Of a stretch of DNA of 64,000 nucleotides, positions 13,941 to 26,539 are shown piece after piece. A program made the translations under genes and the position numbers. Origin of the DNA: Octopus sinensis. Taxonomy: Eukaryota. Position 1 is the stretch's first letter. Every line of letters begins with the position of its first letter. The stretch lies in NCBI RefSeq assembly GCF_006345805.1, contig NC_043005.1, positions 95,046,001 to 95,110,000 on the forward strand. Reading direction: 5' to 3'. The notes beneath the pieces are model-generated. The model was not told the origin of the DNA and made no database searches. It worked only from the letters and a program-made list of their open reading frames with translations.

Positions 13941-14099
13941 CGAGATCCGATCAATAAGTATCCGAAGTGAGCTAGGATGTTAAAACTTAGTGCACATACA
14001 CAGCAGAATTCAAGGTCAATCTGTGCCAAGCGGCTTCACTCTGCATACTTTAGCTTCGTTACCATAGTAACAGTCCGGATACTTATTGACCAGACCACG
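13941..14099. mobile_element. Mariner-type MITE with TA target duplication
   Basis: 26-bp TIRs CGAGATCCGATCAATAAGTATCCGAA and (rc) CGTGGTCTGGTCAATAAGTATCCGGA (21/26). TA at 13939-13940 and 14100-14101. Confidence 0.75.
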
Positions 14100-15059
14100 T
14101 ATATGCCTTGCCTTGTCTTGTAGTCGTCAATTCCTTGGTGGCGCGAGTTACCGGAACGCTGGCGTGGTAGACAACGTGTCTGGAGCATTTTTAGATTTGA
14201 CGCAGCTCATCCCATTCCATGATTGATCACAACCGAGTTCTTCCAGAAAATATGGTCTGTGTAGAAATAGAATATATGATGACCAATTCCTCTCAAATCC
14301 ATTACATTCGTATACTACAGTACTTCGACGAAAAACTTTATAAATGGCATTATCTCTCTATATATAAAGCTGAAGTTGTCTGTGTATGGCAGGTTTGGTA
14401 GCCTCCAGCTAACACTATCTCCTCAGAGACCCTGCGGCGCAAGTTGACCAAAATTGAGAGTATGATAGAAGAAGGCTTCCTCTTCCTTCCGTAGAAGAAA
14501 AAATATCAAATCGGGCCATGTTAACACCAAAAATTATTTACATCAAAAAGGTGCTTTTTTTCAATGAAAATCCCTATTTTTACGATTTTTTGACTGCTGT
14601 GTCGTCATTTTTCGGTGTATTTCAACCAGAAAAATGTTCACTTAAAGAGAATAACAAGCTACATAATGCAAAATTTTTACTTTTCAAAAATTCCAATTCT
14701 AAAGGGTCGAAACAAACCCGAGCAATGCTGGGCGATACTGCTAGTCTTTGAATAATTCAGTTCGCAATTTGGTAGAATCGTTAGAGCATAGGACAAAATG
14801 ACTTGCGATATTTGCTCCAGCTTTTTACGTCCTGATTTAAAAACCCGCGGATGTCAACTATTCCCTTTTATTATTCTGGGTTGATAAAACGAATTAGCGA
14901 CTGGGTTGATAAAATAAATTACCAGCCCTGTACCGATCGGTGAATTGGGAAAATGTGAAGAATGGTTTGTATTCCGAGTACCCAGGCAGGCAAATGTGGC
15001 CAACTTGTCTAATATCTAGTTTACGAGGCGGTGTGTTGAAAAAGAATATATCTCTTTTA

Positions 15060-15621
15060 CTCTTTTATTTGTTTCAGTTATTTGACTGTGGCCATGCTGG
15101 AGCACCGCCTTTAGTCGAGCAAATCGACCCCAGGACTTATTCTTTGTAAGCCTAGTACTTATTGTATCGGTCTCTTTTGCCGAACAGCTAAGTTACGGGG
15201 ACGTAAACACACCAGCATCGGCAGAAACATTAGCATGCCGGGCTTTGCTTTTCATCCTTTCGGGGTCGATTAAATAAGTACCAGTTACGCACTAGGTCGA
15301 TATAATCGACTTAATCCGTTTGTCTGTCCTTGTTTGTCCTCTCTGTGTTTAGCCCCTTGTGGGTAGTAGAGAAATAGGTTGTCAAGCGATGTTGGAGGAA
15401 CAAACACAGACACACAAACATATGCACACACATACATACATATATATATACATATATACGACGGGCTTCTTTCAGTTTCTGTCTACCAAATCCACTCACA
15501 AGGCTTTGGTTAGCCCAAGGCTATAGTAAAAGTCACTTGCCCAAGGTGCCACGCAGTGGGACTGAACTCAGAACCATGTAGTTCGTAAGCATGCTACTTA
15601 CCACACAGCCACTCCTACGCC

Positions 15622-15696
<75 letters not shown>

Positions 15697-15930
15697 CGTA
15701 TGTATATACATATATATATATATTTCTTTACTACCCACAAGGAGCTAAACACAGAGGGGACAGACAAACGGATTAAGTCGACTACATCGACCCCAGTGCG
15801 TAACTGGTACTTAATTTATCGACCCCGAAAGGATGAAAGGCAAAGTCGACCTCGGCGGAATTTGAACTCGGAACGTAACGACAGACGAATTTCGCCCGGC
15901 GTGCTAACGTTTCTACCAGCTTGCCGCATA
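15060..15930. mobile_element. Cluster of SINE copies (families A and B plus a third family) separated by (TA)n
   Basis: Family A 3' half on + at ~15245-15378, family B on - at ~15460-15622, family A on - at ~15722-15930. Confidence 0.7.
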
Positions 15931-16028
<98 letters not shown>

Positions 16029-16047
16029 TATGTATATACATATATAT

Positions 16048-16114
<67 letters not shown>

Positions 16115-16996
16115 CACACGCGAAATTTCATTAATAAAAGAATATACATGTTTTAGAAAGTTATGAGGGAACAAATTTGATTTGGGTACCAAATAGTAGA
16201 TATGTCGTCCTTTCGGTAAGAGATACGAAGGTTCGCGTCTGATAAGAAAGCATAAAGAACATGTAGTGGTTGGCCGTTGAACGAAATGGGAAATTGACGA
16301 GAACTTTAGTTTACAGTGCTAAGAATATATCAACATAAATTGTCCAAATATCTGTGCCATGTGCTTCTCGTTGCAGTTAGCTTTATGTATTCACCATATT
16401 TCTAATTATTTTCCGTCTAGATTTCGACACAAAGGCGTTAATGGTTTCTTTGTCTCTTATCTTGGGGATTTCCGGTCAGGGCCTACATGGTGCAGTGGAA
16501 ATATGCGATCAAATCTATCTTCATTTTGCAGTTTCCTTTTCTGTTTTCAAGTAAGTGACTAATGTGGATCAAACCCGAGACTTGTAAACGAGAAGGAAAG
16601 AAACTGTGTTGGTGTGACGTCACAAAAAGCATTAACAAAAAAGATGAAGTGAAATGGCTCCATCTAAGTAAAACGGGTCGCGCATTGCGTTATCAAGAGC
16701 TTATTTCTTGCCCTATGGCACTCCTTAAAATTAATATACTAATATGAGTATTATGAAATGAATGCAGAATCGTTGCTTATCAGCACCGAAAGATGTACAA
16801 TTTAGAGAAGCATGATAATTTGGCACTATGTCAATTGGTACACACAGAATGAAAGATACCATTCACGAAATATTTCCACCAAAGTACCGGAAGCCATCTT
16901 TATGCTTCTATTGAAATTAAATGATAAGATGACAATATATTTATGAATCTAAGGAGAGGTTTGGTTATAATTAAAAGGAATCAGAAGATCGTTGCT

Positions 16997-17088
<92 letters not shown>

Positions 17089-17646
17089 TTAACAAGTTGG
17101 TGACCTTAGAATATTTCAAATCAATATTTCGCGATTTTCCTATTCATCAAAGACGCATAGAACTCTCGCTCTCTCCCTCCGCTCTCTTTATATTACTTTT
17201 TGTGATGTGAAATTTTCGACGGTGACAGCAATTCTGTTACTGGCATTTTATTTAGCGAAACCTGCCCACAAAAGAGGTGACCGTGGTAGGATTGGAATTC
17301 AAAGTACAAAGTACCGGAACACACAGAGGAGGGCATTTGATCCGGTGATCTAACGACTCTGCCAATTTACCATTTTACTTTTAAACTTAGGGGCACTTAG
17401 AGAGATAAAGACGTCGTACTTAAAGCTGCATTGCGCTCGATCGTCAGTCTGCTTGAACGAGGCTGATTTGGTGTTGGAGAAAAATGAAAGGAAAAAAATG
17501 TAAAATGTATTCGGTTTATGCACTGAAAAAAATTGGTGTTGGTGGGTTGATGTTCATTGCGTATATAGTGCGGCATTACACCTCTCATAGTGATAAATCA
17601 TAATAATTAAGATGAGGATGTTGTTTGTTGTGAGAGTTATGACGAT

Positions 17647-17688
17647 ATGAGATTAATGCTTTCGGCGTTGTTATCGACATTGAAAGAT
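17647..17688 (+). CDS. Candidate upstream coding exon (MRLMLSALLSTLKD) of the LRR gene
   Basis: ATG 17647, 14 codons, donor GAT|GTAAGG in phase 0, matching the phase-0 acceptor at 24990. Chance occurrence is not excluded. Confidence 0.3.
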
Positions 17689-18396
17689 GTAAGGTACACA
17701 TTGATCTATCATTTCTTTTCGCAATGTCAGTTGGTACATTGGAATCAAAGACACCATTCACAAACAAATCTCTCAGGCCGTTATCAATTTCATGGGAGTT
17801 AAGTAAAATACACAACAAAAATAAGTATAAAAGGTAAACAACTTTAATTCTCACGCCCTCTTCCGGCGGATAAAAACACACTCGTCTCACAGTGTTGCCA
17901 ACTTCGTTCTTTTAGAACTAAATTTGGCCCTTATATGCATTTAGCTCTAATTTCTTATAATCTAGCACATAGTTACAAATATACTTGATTTTAATATCTG
18001 AGTTGGATTTTTCTCTGCATTTTCCTCATCCATGCAAGAAATAATAATAATTCAAGCGGGCACTTCTGTAATGTGTTTTGGACATGTTCAATTTCTGCCC
18101 ACTTGATCTTGATTCTTGCAGATTTTTTTTTATTCTTTCAACGTTCAAAGTATCATTTTGTCAAAATAGCCATCACGAATAAATTTTTGCTTCAACCAAC
18201 AAATTCACTTCAGACAACACACCACCATTTTAAAAATAAATCGAATTTAAAAATTTTCATGAATTACAATAAATGGACAGAAATCGAATGATGGGACAGA
18301 CCGGAAGACATTACGGGTGGAGTGGGTGCGGATTTAGCTCGGACCCCACGAGCCCCGCCTCCCCACTGATACTTTTGGTTGCGCTTGGTATTACAT

Positions 18397-21056
18397 TTAT
18401 GTTGTATCTTTCACTCGCAACTTTCGTGCTACATCCTTCCATCGTTCTTCATACACTCTCCTAGTCAGGCATATTCTCTCCAGCCCTATCTTCCTTTTCA
18501 GGTGAAAGATGAAATAATTCATCAAACCAGGGCCGGAGATGAACTTGCCTGACTGTAAACCTTTCATTCTCGTCTTCCATATCACCTCTTTCGCAATTGC
18601 TACTACAACGAGAAAAAGAAACTTACCTTCATTCACGAGGAAATCCGGTGGGTCAATTTTTGTAATCGACTCAGTCGACAGCTGTACTCTTCGTGTACCT
18701 GACAACAGCTGTTCGGCATAAACCCACACCTCAGACACGTCCGGACAATGAACAATAGCGTGCGGGACGGTTTCCCTATCCCGCCCGCATCTTGGACATA
18801 TCGGACTGTCTTGGCCACCGTGCCTTGCGAGTTTATCCCGAACAGGTAGAGCTCCTCTGTAGCATTGCCATGCCAGAGACTTCTGGAAGTTGTCCAGTGT
18901 CCTCGGCTTGAACGTACGTCGGAACAGACTGGCCAGCTGATTATCGTCGAGACCCAGGGTTTCCCCCAAGGTATCTTCACATTCCGCCTCTACCAACCCT
19001 CTATAGAAGAACGTGGTGGAACCCCCACCGCAGGCGTTGCCCGAGCGACGGAATAGCAGGAGAGCCTTGCGACACTCCGTGTACCAAGTACCAAGTTTCG
19101 ATCTACGATTCAGCCGGGTTTCCCATCCACCGAAACTAGTGAACTTGGAAACATCAGTTTTGCTAGCGAAGACCACACCCGTTCACCATCCAGGTAGAGC
19201 CACAGATGTCTTAACCTCAGCGCATGTCTGCGCATCATCAGCCAAGGTATCCCTAGCCCACCCTTTAACGGTTGTTGACAGCAAGTAGAGCGTTTCACAA
19301 GTGGTTTCCCGCCCTTCCACAAGAAGTAGAAGAGCTGTCTTTCCAACTTGATCAACCACGAATCAGGGCAAGGAACGACGGAAAGGCGGTAGGTGATAAC
19401 CTATTTCTTTATTACCCACAAGGGGCTAAACATAGAGGGGACAAACAAGGACAGACATAGGTATTAAGTCGATTATATCGACCCCAGAGCGTAACTGGTA
19501 CTTAATTTATCGACCCCGAAAGGATGAAAGGCAAAGTTGACCTCGGCGGAATTTGAACTCACAACGTAACGACAGACGAAATACCGCTAAGCATTTCATC
19601 CGGCGTACTAACGTTTCTGCCAGCTCGCCGCCCTCAGATCTGGCATACTCTTATATAACTCATAGGGTAGACCATCCAAACCCGGCGCCTTGCCCGCACC
19701 GCAGTCCGCCATTGCCTCAACCACCTCCTCAGGCGTGATTGGCCCTTCACAGCCCTCCGCATCTCGCCCCGATAAGCGCGGCAGCCCGTCGAGTAGGTCC
19801 GTAAAGGCCCTCCTCCTATCCAGTCCGCCGCACTCACCGAAAAGCTGAGCGAAGTGCTCCTGAAAGGCCTCACACATCTCCTCGGGTTCGTTTATCAACT
19901 CACCTTGTTGGTTCGTCAAAGATCGAATCGTGGCATCGTTACCATGCCGAGCTTCCACCACTCGGGCCCATCTCACGGCGTTGATTCCTTCACATCCCAT
20001 ATGGCGGATTCTAGCCCTGACAATGCAGCCCATGTGTTTGGCCTCGAGGTGCTGGTTTAACACCAGTCTCTTGGACGCCACCTGAGCCGCAGAGCCAGTT
20101 TTCATGGCTTCCTCTAATTCCTTAACTAGAGTAGTTTCCCTTCTAGCCTCTCTAGCCACTACTCCTATGCTATATCTAATAGATTCAAACTTGATGGCTC
20201 GTTTGAGGGCGTACCACCATTTGTTATTAATGATGGTACCAGATAGTGCCCTCTGAATTATATTCCTAATCCGGTCTTTGTACTCCTTAATCGCCAAAAG
20301 GGACGTATTAAGTTTCCAGTAACCGGATCCTCTATTTTTAACCTTATCTATGTCAAGCTTACAAGTGACCATTTTATGATCACTGTAGCTGATCGGGTAA
20401 AACTGTGGACACTTAGCTATTTTACTGTCTACTTTTCTAATTAGTATTCTATCTAAATATGACCTGGAAGATCCGTCGCTGTTTGACCATGTCCACAATG
20501 GAGCGTTCGGAAATTCCAGCCTATAAGGATCTGCTAGCTCAAAGCGGCTTAGCAGTTCCATGAAGCCACTGTTGCCTTTTCTATCTGGACGCGAGCCAAC
20601 ACAATCTACATCCGCTTTGCAAAATGTGTTAAAGTCTCCTAGCACCACTAATGAATGCGAAGTACCAAGAAAGTTTTCTAGTTCACGAAAATAATCACTT
20701 TGCCCTGTATGGTTGGGTGCGTAAATTGCAACCAGTCTGATAACTTTACCATTACTGAACGTCAAATCCATGACGACCAGCCTACCTTCTGGATCTGCAA
20801 AAATTAACTTTTTCTCAGAAACCCGGTTTCTTTTTAATAGGACCAACACCCCACTCCCGCCTGTAGGACTGCCAGGAGAGAAAAAACTCTCGTAGCCGTC
20901 AAACAGCGGGAGTAGACCTCTTGGCCCCTCTAACCGGGTTTCTGTAGCAACAATAACATCTAAATTACGCGACCTGATATCATGCAGGAAGCGACCTTGC
21001 TTCCAGCCTGCTCCCAGGCCGCGCACATTCAAACAACCAACATAAATGTAATCCAT
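18397..21056 (-). pseudogene. LINE copy 1 ORF2 (endonuclease plus RT N-terminus; SINE; RT thumb and C-terminal Cys domain)
   Basis: APE motifs LNVRGL, ETRL, GDFN, LDRIL, SDH and WKLN; KAPGLDGLP; then PCPDSWLIKLERQ...GGLG and RGALPVRDKL...CPRCGRDRETVPHAIVHC. Confidence 0.88.
19402..19634 (-). mobile_element. Full-length family A SINE inside LINE ORF2, no TSD
   Basis: Head agggcggcgagctggcagaaacgttag, B-box gagttcaaattcc, core and tail ...ccccttgtgggtaataaagaaata. Same orientation as the LINE. Confidence 0.9.
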
Positions 21057-21064
21057 TACTTACC

Positions 21065-22359
21065 TTATATCAGTGGTTCGGTTTTCTCTTGTTCTTCTAA
21101 CTCTTTTTCTGGGCCTCGTGGGGGAGTCTGACGTAGGCCCTCGAATATATGTGGAGATGTCACATCCAATCTAAGTGGGCCTACGTCATGGAAGAATTCT
21201 GACTTTATCCGCCCGTAATCCTTCCGGCCTATTCTGTAAATTACAAAGTCGTTTTTTTTCACTACTTTCTCCACTTTGGCCATGGCTGCCAACACGTTTC
21301 CGAGTCTGCTATTTGCTGCCTTTACGGCCATATACGAGTTCATTGACTCTTTTTTCTTTTTTAAAATTACTCTGGGAGGGGTGGTTTCCGTTTTTCTTTT
21401 TTTTTTTCCGGTAATTTTTGCCCACCCCTCCTCATTTATCTTTTCCTCGCTCTTTTTTTCCTCCGCCGCTGGTTCTGCTGTCACCGTCACCTCCACACCT
21501 TCAGTCTTCCCTTCTGGGCCGTCCGACGCTGCTTCTGGTGACACATTATCTTCTTTTTCTTTTGGCTTAGGTGCTTCCTGCGGTTTGGGTTGGGGTTGGC
21601 ATTCCGCCCTTACATGACCCTTCTTGCCGCAGCCGAAGCACCTCGGCTTCCTGCCCTCCACGAAAACTGTTATTTTCTCGTCTTCACTAATCTTTACCGT
21701 TTCTGGAATTTCTTCCAGTGTTTGCACCTCCGCCTGAATGGCTATCACTATTTTCTGCCCTTTCCAAAACTCCTCTTCCTCCACTGTGGCCTGGAGGATG
21801 TTTATTTTTCCTCCAGACCTACCATCACTGCTGCCACCAGACATTCAGCATCTGCCTCTGGCGGTATGTTGTTCATTGAAATTTTCGACGTCCTTTTTCC
21901 TTTATACAATGGTAGTAAGACAATGTTTTCCGCTTTGATCGGCTCCATCGATAGTTTCTTCGCTATCTCCTCCGTAGTAAAACGCAGCTCCACTGTGCCG
22001 TATCTTTTTCCTCTGTTTATATACGTTATTTTATCCATAAAAGGTTTTAGACAAAACTCTATTTTTTTTTCTTCGATTTTTTGGATCATTTTTGTCGTTG
22101 TGTCGTAAGTTTTATATATTATTCTTTTTTTTTCTATATCGTCATGTTTTTGTATGTTTGTGGCCACAGTCCCTTCTGTGCCTTCTTTTTTTACACAGTC
22201 TGCAAATTTTCCAAAATTTTCTATATTTATTTTTTTGATCTTTTTCCCAGCCACTTCAGCGAATTTTTTTGCTGGAGTTGATGCTGGTACTGGTTTTTCC
22301 ATTTTCTTGGGCGACGCCGCCTCTTTTTTCTTCGGCCTCTTCAGTCGCCTCTGTTCCAC
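21065..22359 (-). pseudogene. LINE copy 1 ORF1 (nucleic-acid binding, zinc knuckle CFGCGKKGHVRAEC), one frameshift
   Basis: ORFs 21802-22359 and 21065-21844 join if one A is restored in the A5 run near 21810 (copy 2 has A6 there). Confidence 0.85.
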
Positions 22360-22503
22360 CTACTACGCGTTTCGAAGTTCAAGGCGAGACACGTCTTAGT
22401 TGAAACATTCCTTCCCGCAAAAAGCAAATTAAATAAAATTTGAGATATATGTATGTATATATGCATATGTTTTATTTATTAATTTGTTATATATATATAT
22501 GTA

Positions 22504-22589
<86 letters not shown>

Positions 22590-23808
22590 CTCAAACATAA
22601 TTATAAAAGAAAAAAATCCCGATTATAATAATGGCTTCAAAGTTTGACACGAGGCTAGCAATTTCGGGGAGGGAGAAAGTCGACTTCATTGACCCCAGTG
22701 TACAACTGGTACTTATTCTATTGGTCCCGAAAGGATAAAAGGAAAAGTCGACCTCGACATATTTTGAATTCAAAATGTAAAGACGGACGAAATGTCACCA
22801 AGTATTTTACTCGGTGTTGCTAATGATTCTGCCAGCTTGCCATCTCTTTCAACCGGGTTATAATAATCTCTAATGAATATTGCCTTGTCAGTAAATATTG
22901 ATTAAATACGGCTATAGATGATAGGGGTTTAAATTTTGTAAATAACTTGTAGATAACTGGATTTCGCCAGGTTTAAGTTAAGAGCAAAATTTGTTCGCAT
23001 CTAAATTTAAGGTAATATTCCCTAAAATCAACTATAGGAAGATTAGTGTCAGCTGTAATTTGTAATCCTCTCTCACTAAATAATGGGTTCTTTTCTAAAT
23101 TCGCCTAATTCATAATCTTCTATATTGCGAGATAGTAAAATGCCATCGTCTTTGTATAAGCCTCCCGACAGAGTACAAAATCTTTTATAGAAGGGCTCAA
23201 ATCTTTCACTAGTTTCAAGGACTGATGAATTCCCTGTTGAATGAATTGTGATTATGTGGCTGCGTATCCCATAGACACGTGTACTATTAACGTAATCCTC
23301 AGACTCAGCGTGAAACAATGTATGAGAAGGCTGTCTTTGAATTACAGCTACAATCCATCCGACGTTATTCCAGTTTCCTTCCATCCATTTTCATTCTCTG
23401 AGCTTGAAGCAAGACGAGGCAATGGTGAAAGACATTCCCCAAAATGAAAAGACACACTTGAATCGAGCGCGGATCTTGGGTTTGCGAAGCTTTGCGCTTA
23501 ACTACTAGAACACGCCTGTATATGTCTGTAAATATATGAAACACTCACACACACGCACCCACACTACGAGAACAACAAATACATATGTTGTTTGTCGTAG
23601 ACCTCAGTCCATAGATAAGGACAAGATGTCTGTATTTATTAGTCGATTTCAAGTGAAAAGTTAAGATTTGTATCTTAATTTCGACTTGACAAACATAAAA
23701 CTATACTCCCTACAGCCACAAATGTAGGTCCCTACATTCACACATTTGTGTTCGTGTGTTTGTACATGAAACACACATAAACACGTGCATGCTTTCAATC
23801 TCTCTCCA

Positions 23809-23850
<42 letters not shown>

Positions 23851-24990
23851 CTTCCCCCTCTCATTTTAAGGGGACGAATAGTCATAAATGTTGCTAGAAC
23901 GGGGGATAGTATGACCCGCAGTATCTTTCTTGACTTTCTGAGCTCTAAGTTCAAATCACACCGAAGTTAAATTTACCTTTCATTCTTTCGGGATTGCCTT
24001 TTTATCTTTTCCTTGTTTCACTCATTAGACTACGGCCTTTAACAAATTTTAGTCGACTGAATCGATTCCCGTACTTTTTCTTTCATTTTTCTTTTGTTCT
24101 TTTATTTTTTTTACTTGGCACTTAATTTATCGGTCTCTTTGCCGAAATGCTAAGATACGGAAACGTAAACACACCAACACTGGTTTTCAAGCAGTGATGG
24201 AGGACAAACATAGACACAAAGACACCTTTGTGGAAGGCACCTTTGGGGGCTTCGGTCCCACTATCGGGCCGCCTCGTGGTCCTCTACTCTTGTCTAATGA
24301 AACTTATTTCTGCAAATGTGCTAAGCACTGATGCTGATCAGAGTTTAATCAATAAGCGTAAGAACGAGATAAATGTAGTAAAGATAGTGGGGTCAGTGGA
24401 GGCCCTATTTAAGCTGCCCTTCGGACATTGAAATTCATTGTCATTGCTCCGATTTGGTCGCCAATGCCATGTATTTGGTTTAAAATACAGTAAAAATAGA
24501 GCCAGTGGGGCTCCAATTAGGCGATCCTTAAAAAAATTGACCCCCTTCGGACATTCGCTGGGATTAGGGGACTTGCTGGATTGAGTTTTATTGTCCTTGT
24601 CCCAACGGTCTAGGAGGAGTTAACGAACATAAAAACGTAACGGACAGAGAAACACCACTCAAATTTATATTAAGGAAATTAAGATAACCTCATTCGGTTC
24701 ATTTGAAAAGGGGAACTACTCTGTTAAATATTTTAGTTACCTACCTTAGCCGGCACTCATTGATGAGCTCATGAAAAAATTGTTAGAAGATAGGAAAGAG
24801 AAACAACCAGGCAGTGATTGTGTGTGTGTGTGTGTGTGTGTACATAAAATTTACTTGTGTGTATGTGTGTGTCTGTCTGTGTCTGTGTGTTCTATTTTAT
24901 CTTTGTGTATTACCATTTGATAGTTTAATACTTTTTTTCTTCTTCGAATATGACTAGATATTTATGTATATTTTTTATTTTGTTTTGCAG

Positions 24991-26511
24991 AGAAATTGCT
25001 GTATAAAATGGGTATTCTACTCTTTGATGTTGCTGTCTCTTTTTCTGCACGCAACCGATGCTACGAAACGGGTTCACTGCCAGAAAGGATGTTCTTGCAA
25101 ACACGGTAAAGTGATGTGTAGCAAATTAAAATCCTTCCCCAATAACTTACCTAACACCACCATGTCCTTGGAAATCCGCGACTCTAATATAACAGACATC
25201 CCACCTGGAGCGTTAGCATTTTCATCAAACATTCGCCACTTAACCATCATTAACAGCAAAATTGACAAAATCCTCACCTGTGCATTCAGCAATCTTAAAC
25301 GCATCAGCATCACATTTACTGGAAGTGCTATTGTTGAAATACAAGAAGGAGCGTTCCGCCATCTAGTGGATGATGTCGTCATTTCTTTGAAATATACAAC
25401 TATATTTCGTTTACATAGTTTTGCATTTGATGATCTGCGAAATGTTGATGCGCTTTACATAACTCATTGCAGTTTTAAGTCAATTAGTTCATTTGCATTT
25501 AGTAAAATACACAGCGTGAAGAAAGTCCATATCGCCAACAACAACTTTCCAATCCTTCCATCTTTGACATTTATTAATGTAAAAAATATTGGACTGTGGG
25601 ACATGGAATTTAATACATTTTCTGATTTTGCTTGCAACCCGTTTAGCTACCTGTTTTGGAATGTTACCGAAGTGAATGTTGTCTTCAATAGATTACCTTG
25701 TTCTTGTGAAGTGGCTAAATTTTTGCAATCCGATTTTCCTTTCCCTGAACATATACGGGATGCTTTTATAATTGAAAACATGTGTTACGAATACGGAAAG
25801 GCTGAAGATACGTTCCTCAGCAATTTAGTTCAGGAGCAAAAGAATTGTGAAAGCTTACGTCTGGCAAGTTGTACTGAAAACGCAATGAACTCTTTAGAGG
25901 TGATTTGTCAAAAATCTTCAGTCATACGCACTGATAAGTTGTCATCACTGATTCCTCATGCTACAGTGAATCCTGATTTATCGACAGTCAGAGATCCAAA
26001 CGGTGTTTATGCTGATGAAATAGAACCCCTCTATAACAACCCAACCACAAAATTTGACAGTCAAGAAAAAAGTGATAGCCAAAAGAAAAAAACAGAAACC
26101 AAAGACGACATGATTCCTAAGGATGGTATAACTTCTGGTGACAGAGAAGCATCTGCTGATGGTATTAATGATGAATCCAAGCATCCAGATTTGGGATCGG
26201 CAAAAAGACATGAGCCCAAGGATGAAGTTGATGTGGTTATTAGTCGAGTCCTAAAAGATACCAGTACTTTACCCACCTCCAGAAAAACTGAGCGAATGAA
26301 CAAGAAAACCAGCAACAAAGCAGATTCCATCAGCGGACGTATTGGGTCGATTGTCACTGAAACACCGAATCCTAAAAGTACGAAGTCAACTTCTCTTCAG
26401 CTGCAAAACCAACCATCTAAAACAAGTGGACAGTCTGCCCTGCATGCCTACACAAAATTTTGTATCATCTCGTTTCTGTTGGCCATAAACTGTGCAGTGC
26501 CATATTTCTAA
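24991..26511 (+). CDS. Leucine-rich-repeat cell-surface protein, predicted signal peptide and GPI anchor (main coding exon)
   Basis: Acceptor ttttgttttgcag|AGA at 24990. Hydrophobic WVFYSLMLLSLFLHATDA; LRRNT CQKGCSC...C; about 7 LRRs of 23-25 aa with IxxxAF; LRRCT NRLPCSC...C; Ser/Thr/charged stalk; terminal FCIISFLLAINCAVPYF with no cytoplasmic tail. Uninterrupted 1.5-kb ORF. Confidence 0.88.
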   Translation, partial: RNCCIKWVFYSLMLLSLFLHATDATKRVHCQKGCSCKHGKVMCSKLKSFPNNLPNTTMSLEIRDSNITDIPPGALAFSSNIRHLTIINSKIDKILTCAFSNLKRISITFTGSAIVEIQEGAFRHLVDDVVISLKYTTIFRLHSFAFDDLRNVDALYITHCSFKSISSFAFSKIHSVKKVHIANNNFPILPSLTFINVKNIGLWDMEFNTFSDFACNPFSYLFWNVTEVNVVFNRLPCSCEVAKFLQSDFPFPEHIRDAFIIENMCYEYGKAEDTFLSNLVQEQKNCESLRLASCTENAMNSLEVICQKSSVIRTDKLSSLIPHATVNPDLSTVRDPNGVYADEIEPLYNNPTTKFDSQEKSDSQKKKTETKDDMIPKDGITSGDREASADGINDESKHPDLGSAKRHEPKDEVDVVISRVLKDTSTLPTSRKTERMNKKTSNKADSISGRIGSIVTETPNPKSTKSTSLQLQNQPSKTSGQSALHAYTKFCIISFLLAINCAVPYF

Positions 26512-26539
26512 AGACATGCATGTGTACGTAAATGTCATA

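Larger units (their letters stand above)
18210..22406 (-). mobile_element. Tx1/L1-clade LINE, copy 1 (RT core missing)
   Basis: ORF1 with a CCHC knuckle, ORF2 with an APE endonuclease and C-terminal CPRC...H...C. The 3' UTR is homologous to copy 2 at ~44915-45100. Confidence 0.92.

Noticed and set aside
16615-16622. Perfect CRE palindrome TGACGTCA
   Set aside because: About one 8-mer match is expected by chance in 64 kb, and there is no supporting context.
17585-17890. Minus-strand 101-aa ORF with a hydrophobic stretch and KR site (prepropeptide?)
   Set aside because: Non-ATG start, no splice signals or repeated peptide motif, and it overlaps a better + strand exon candidate.
21802-21844. 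Programmed frameshift in LINE ORF1 (both copies break at nearly the same place)
   Set aside because: Copy 1 has a 1-nt deletion in an A-run, while copy 2 has a 1-nt insertion about 25 nt upstream and an intact A6. The directions and sites differ, so these are independent decay or sequencing errors.
24964-24990. ATG at 24964 as the LRR start codon
   Set aside because: It lies in a polypyrimidine tract ending in a strong TTTTGCAG acceptor, so it is more likely intronic.
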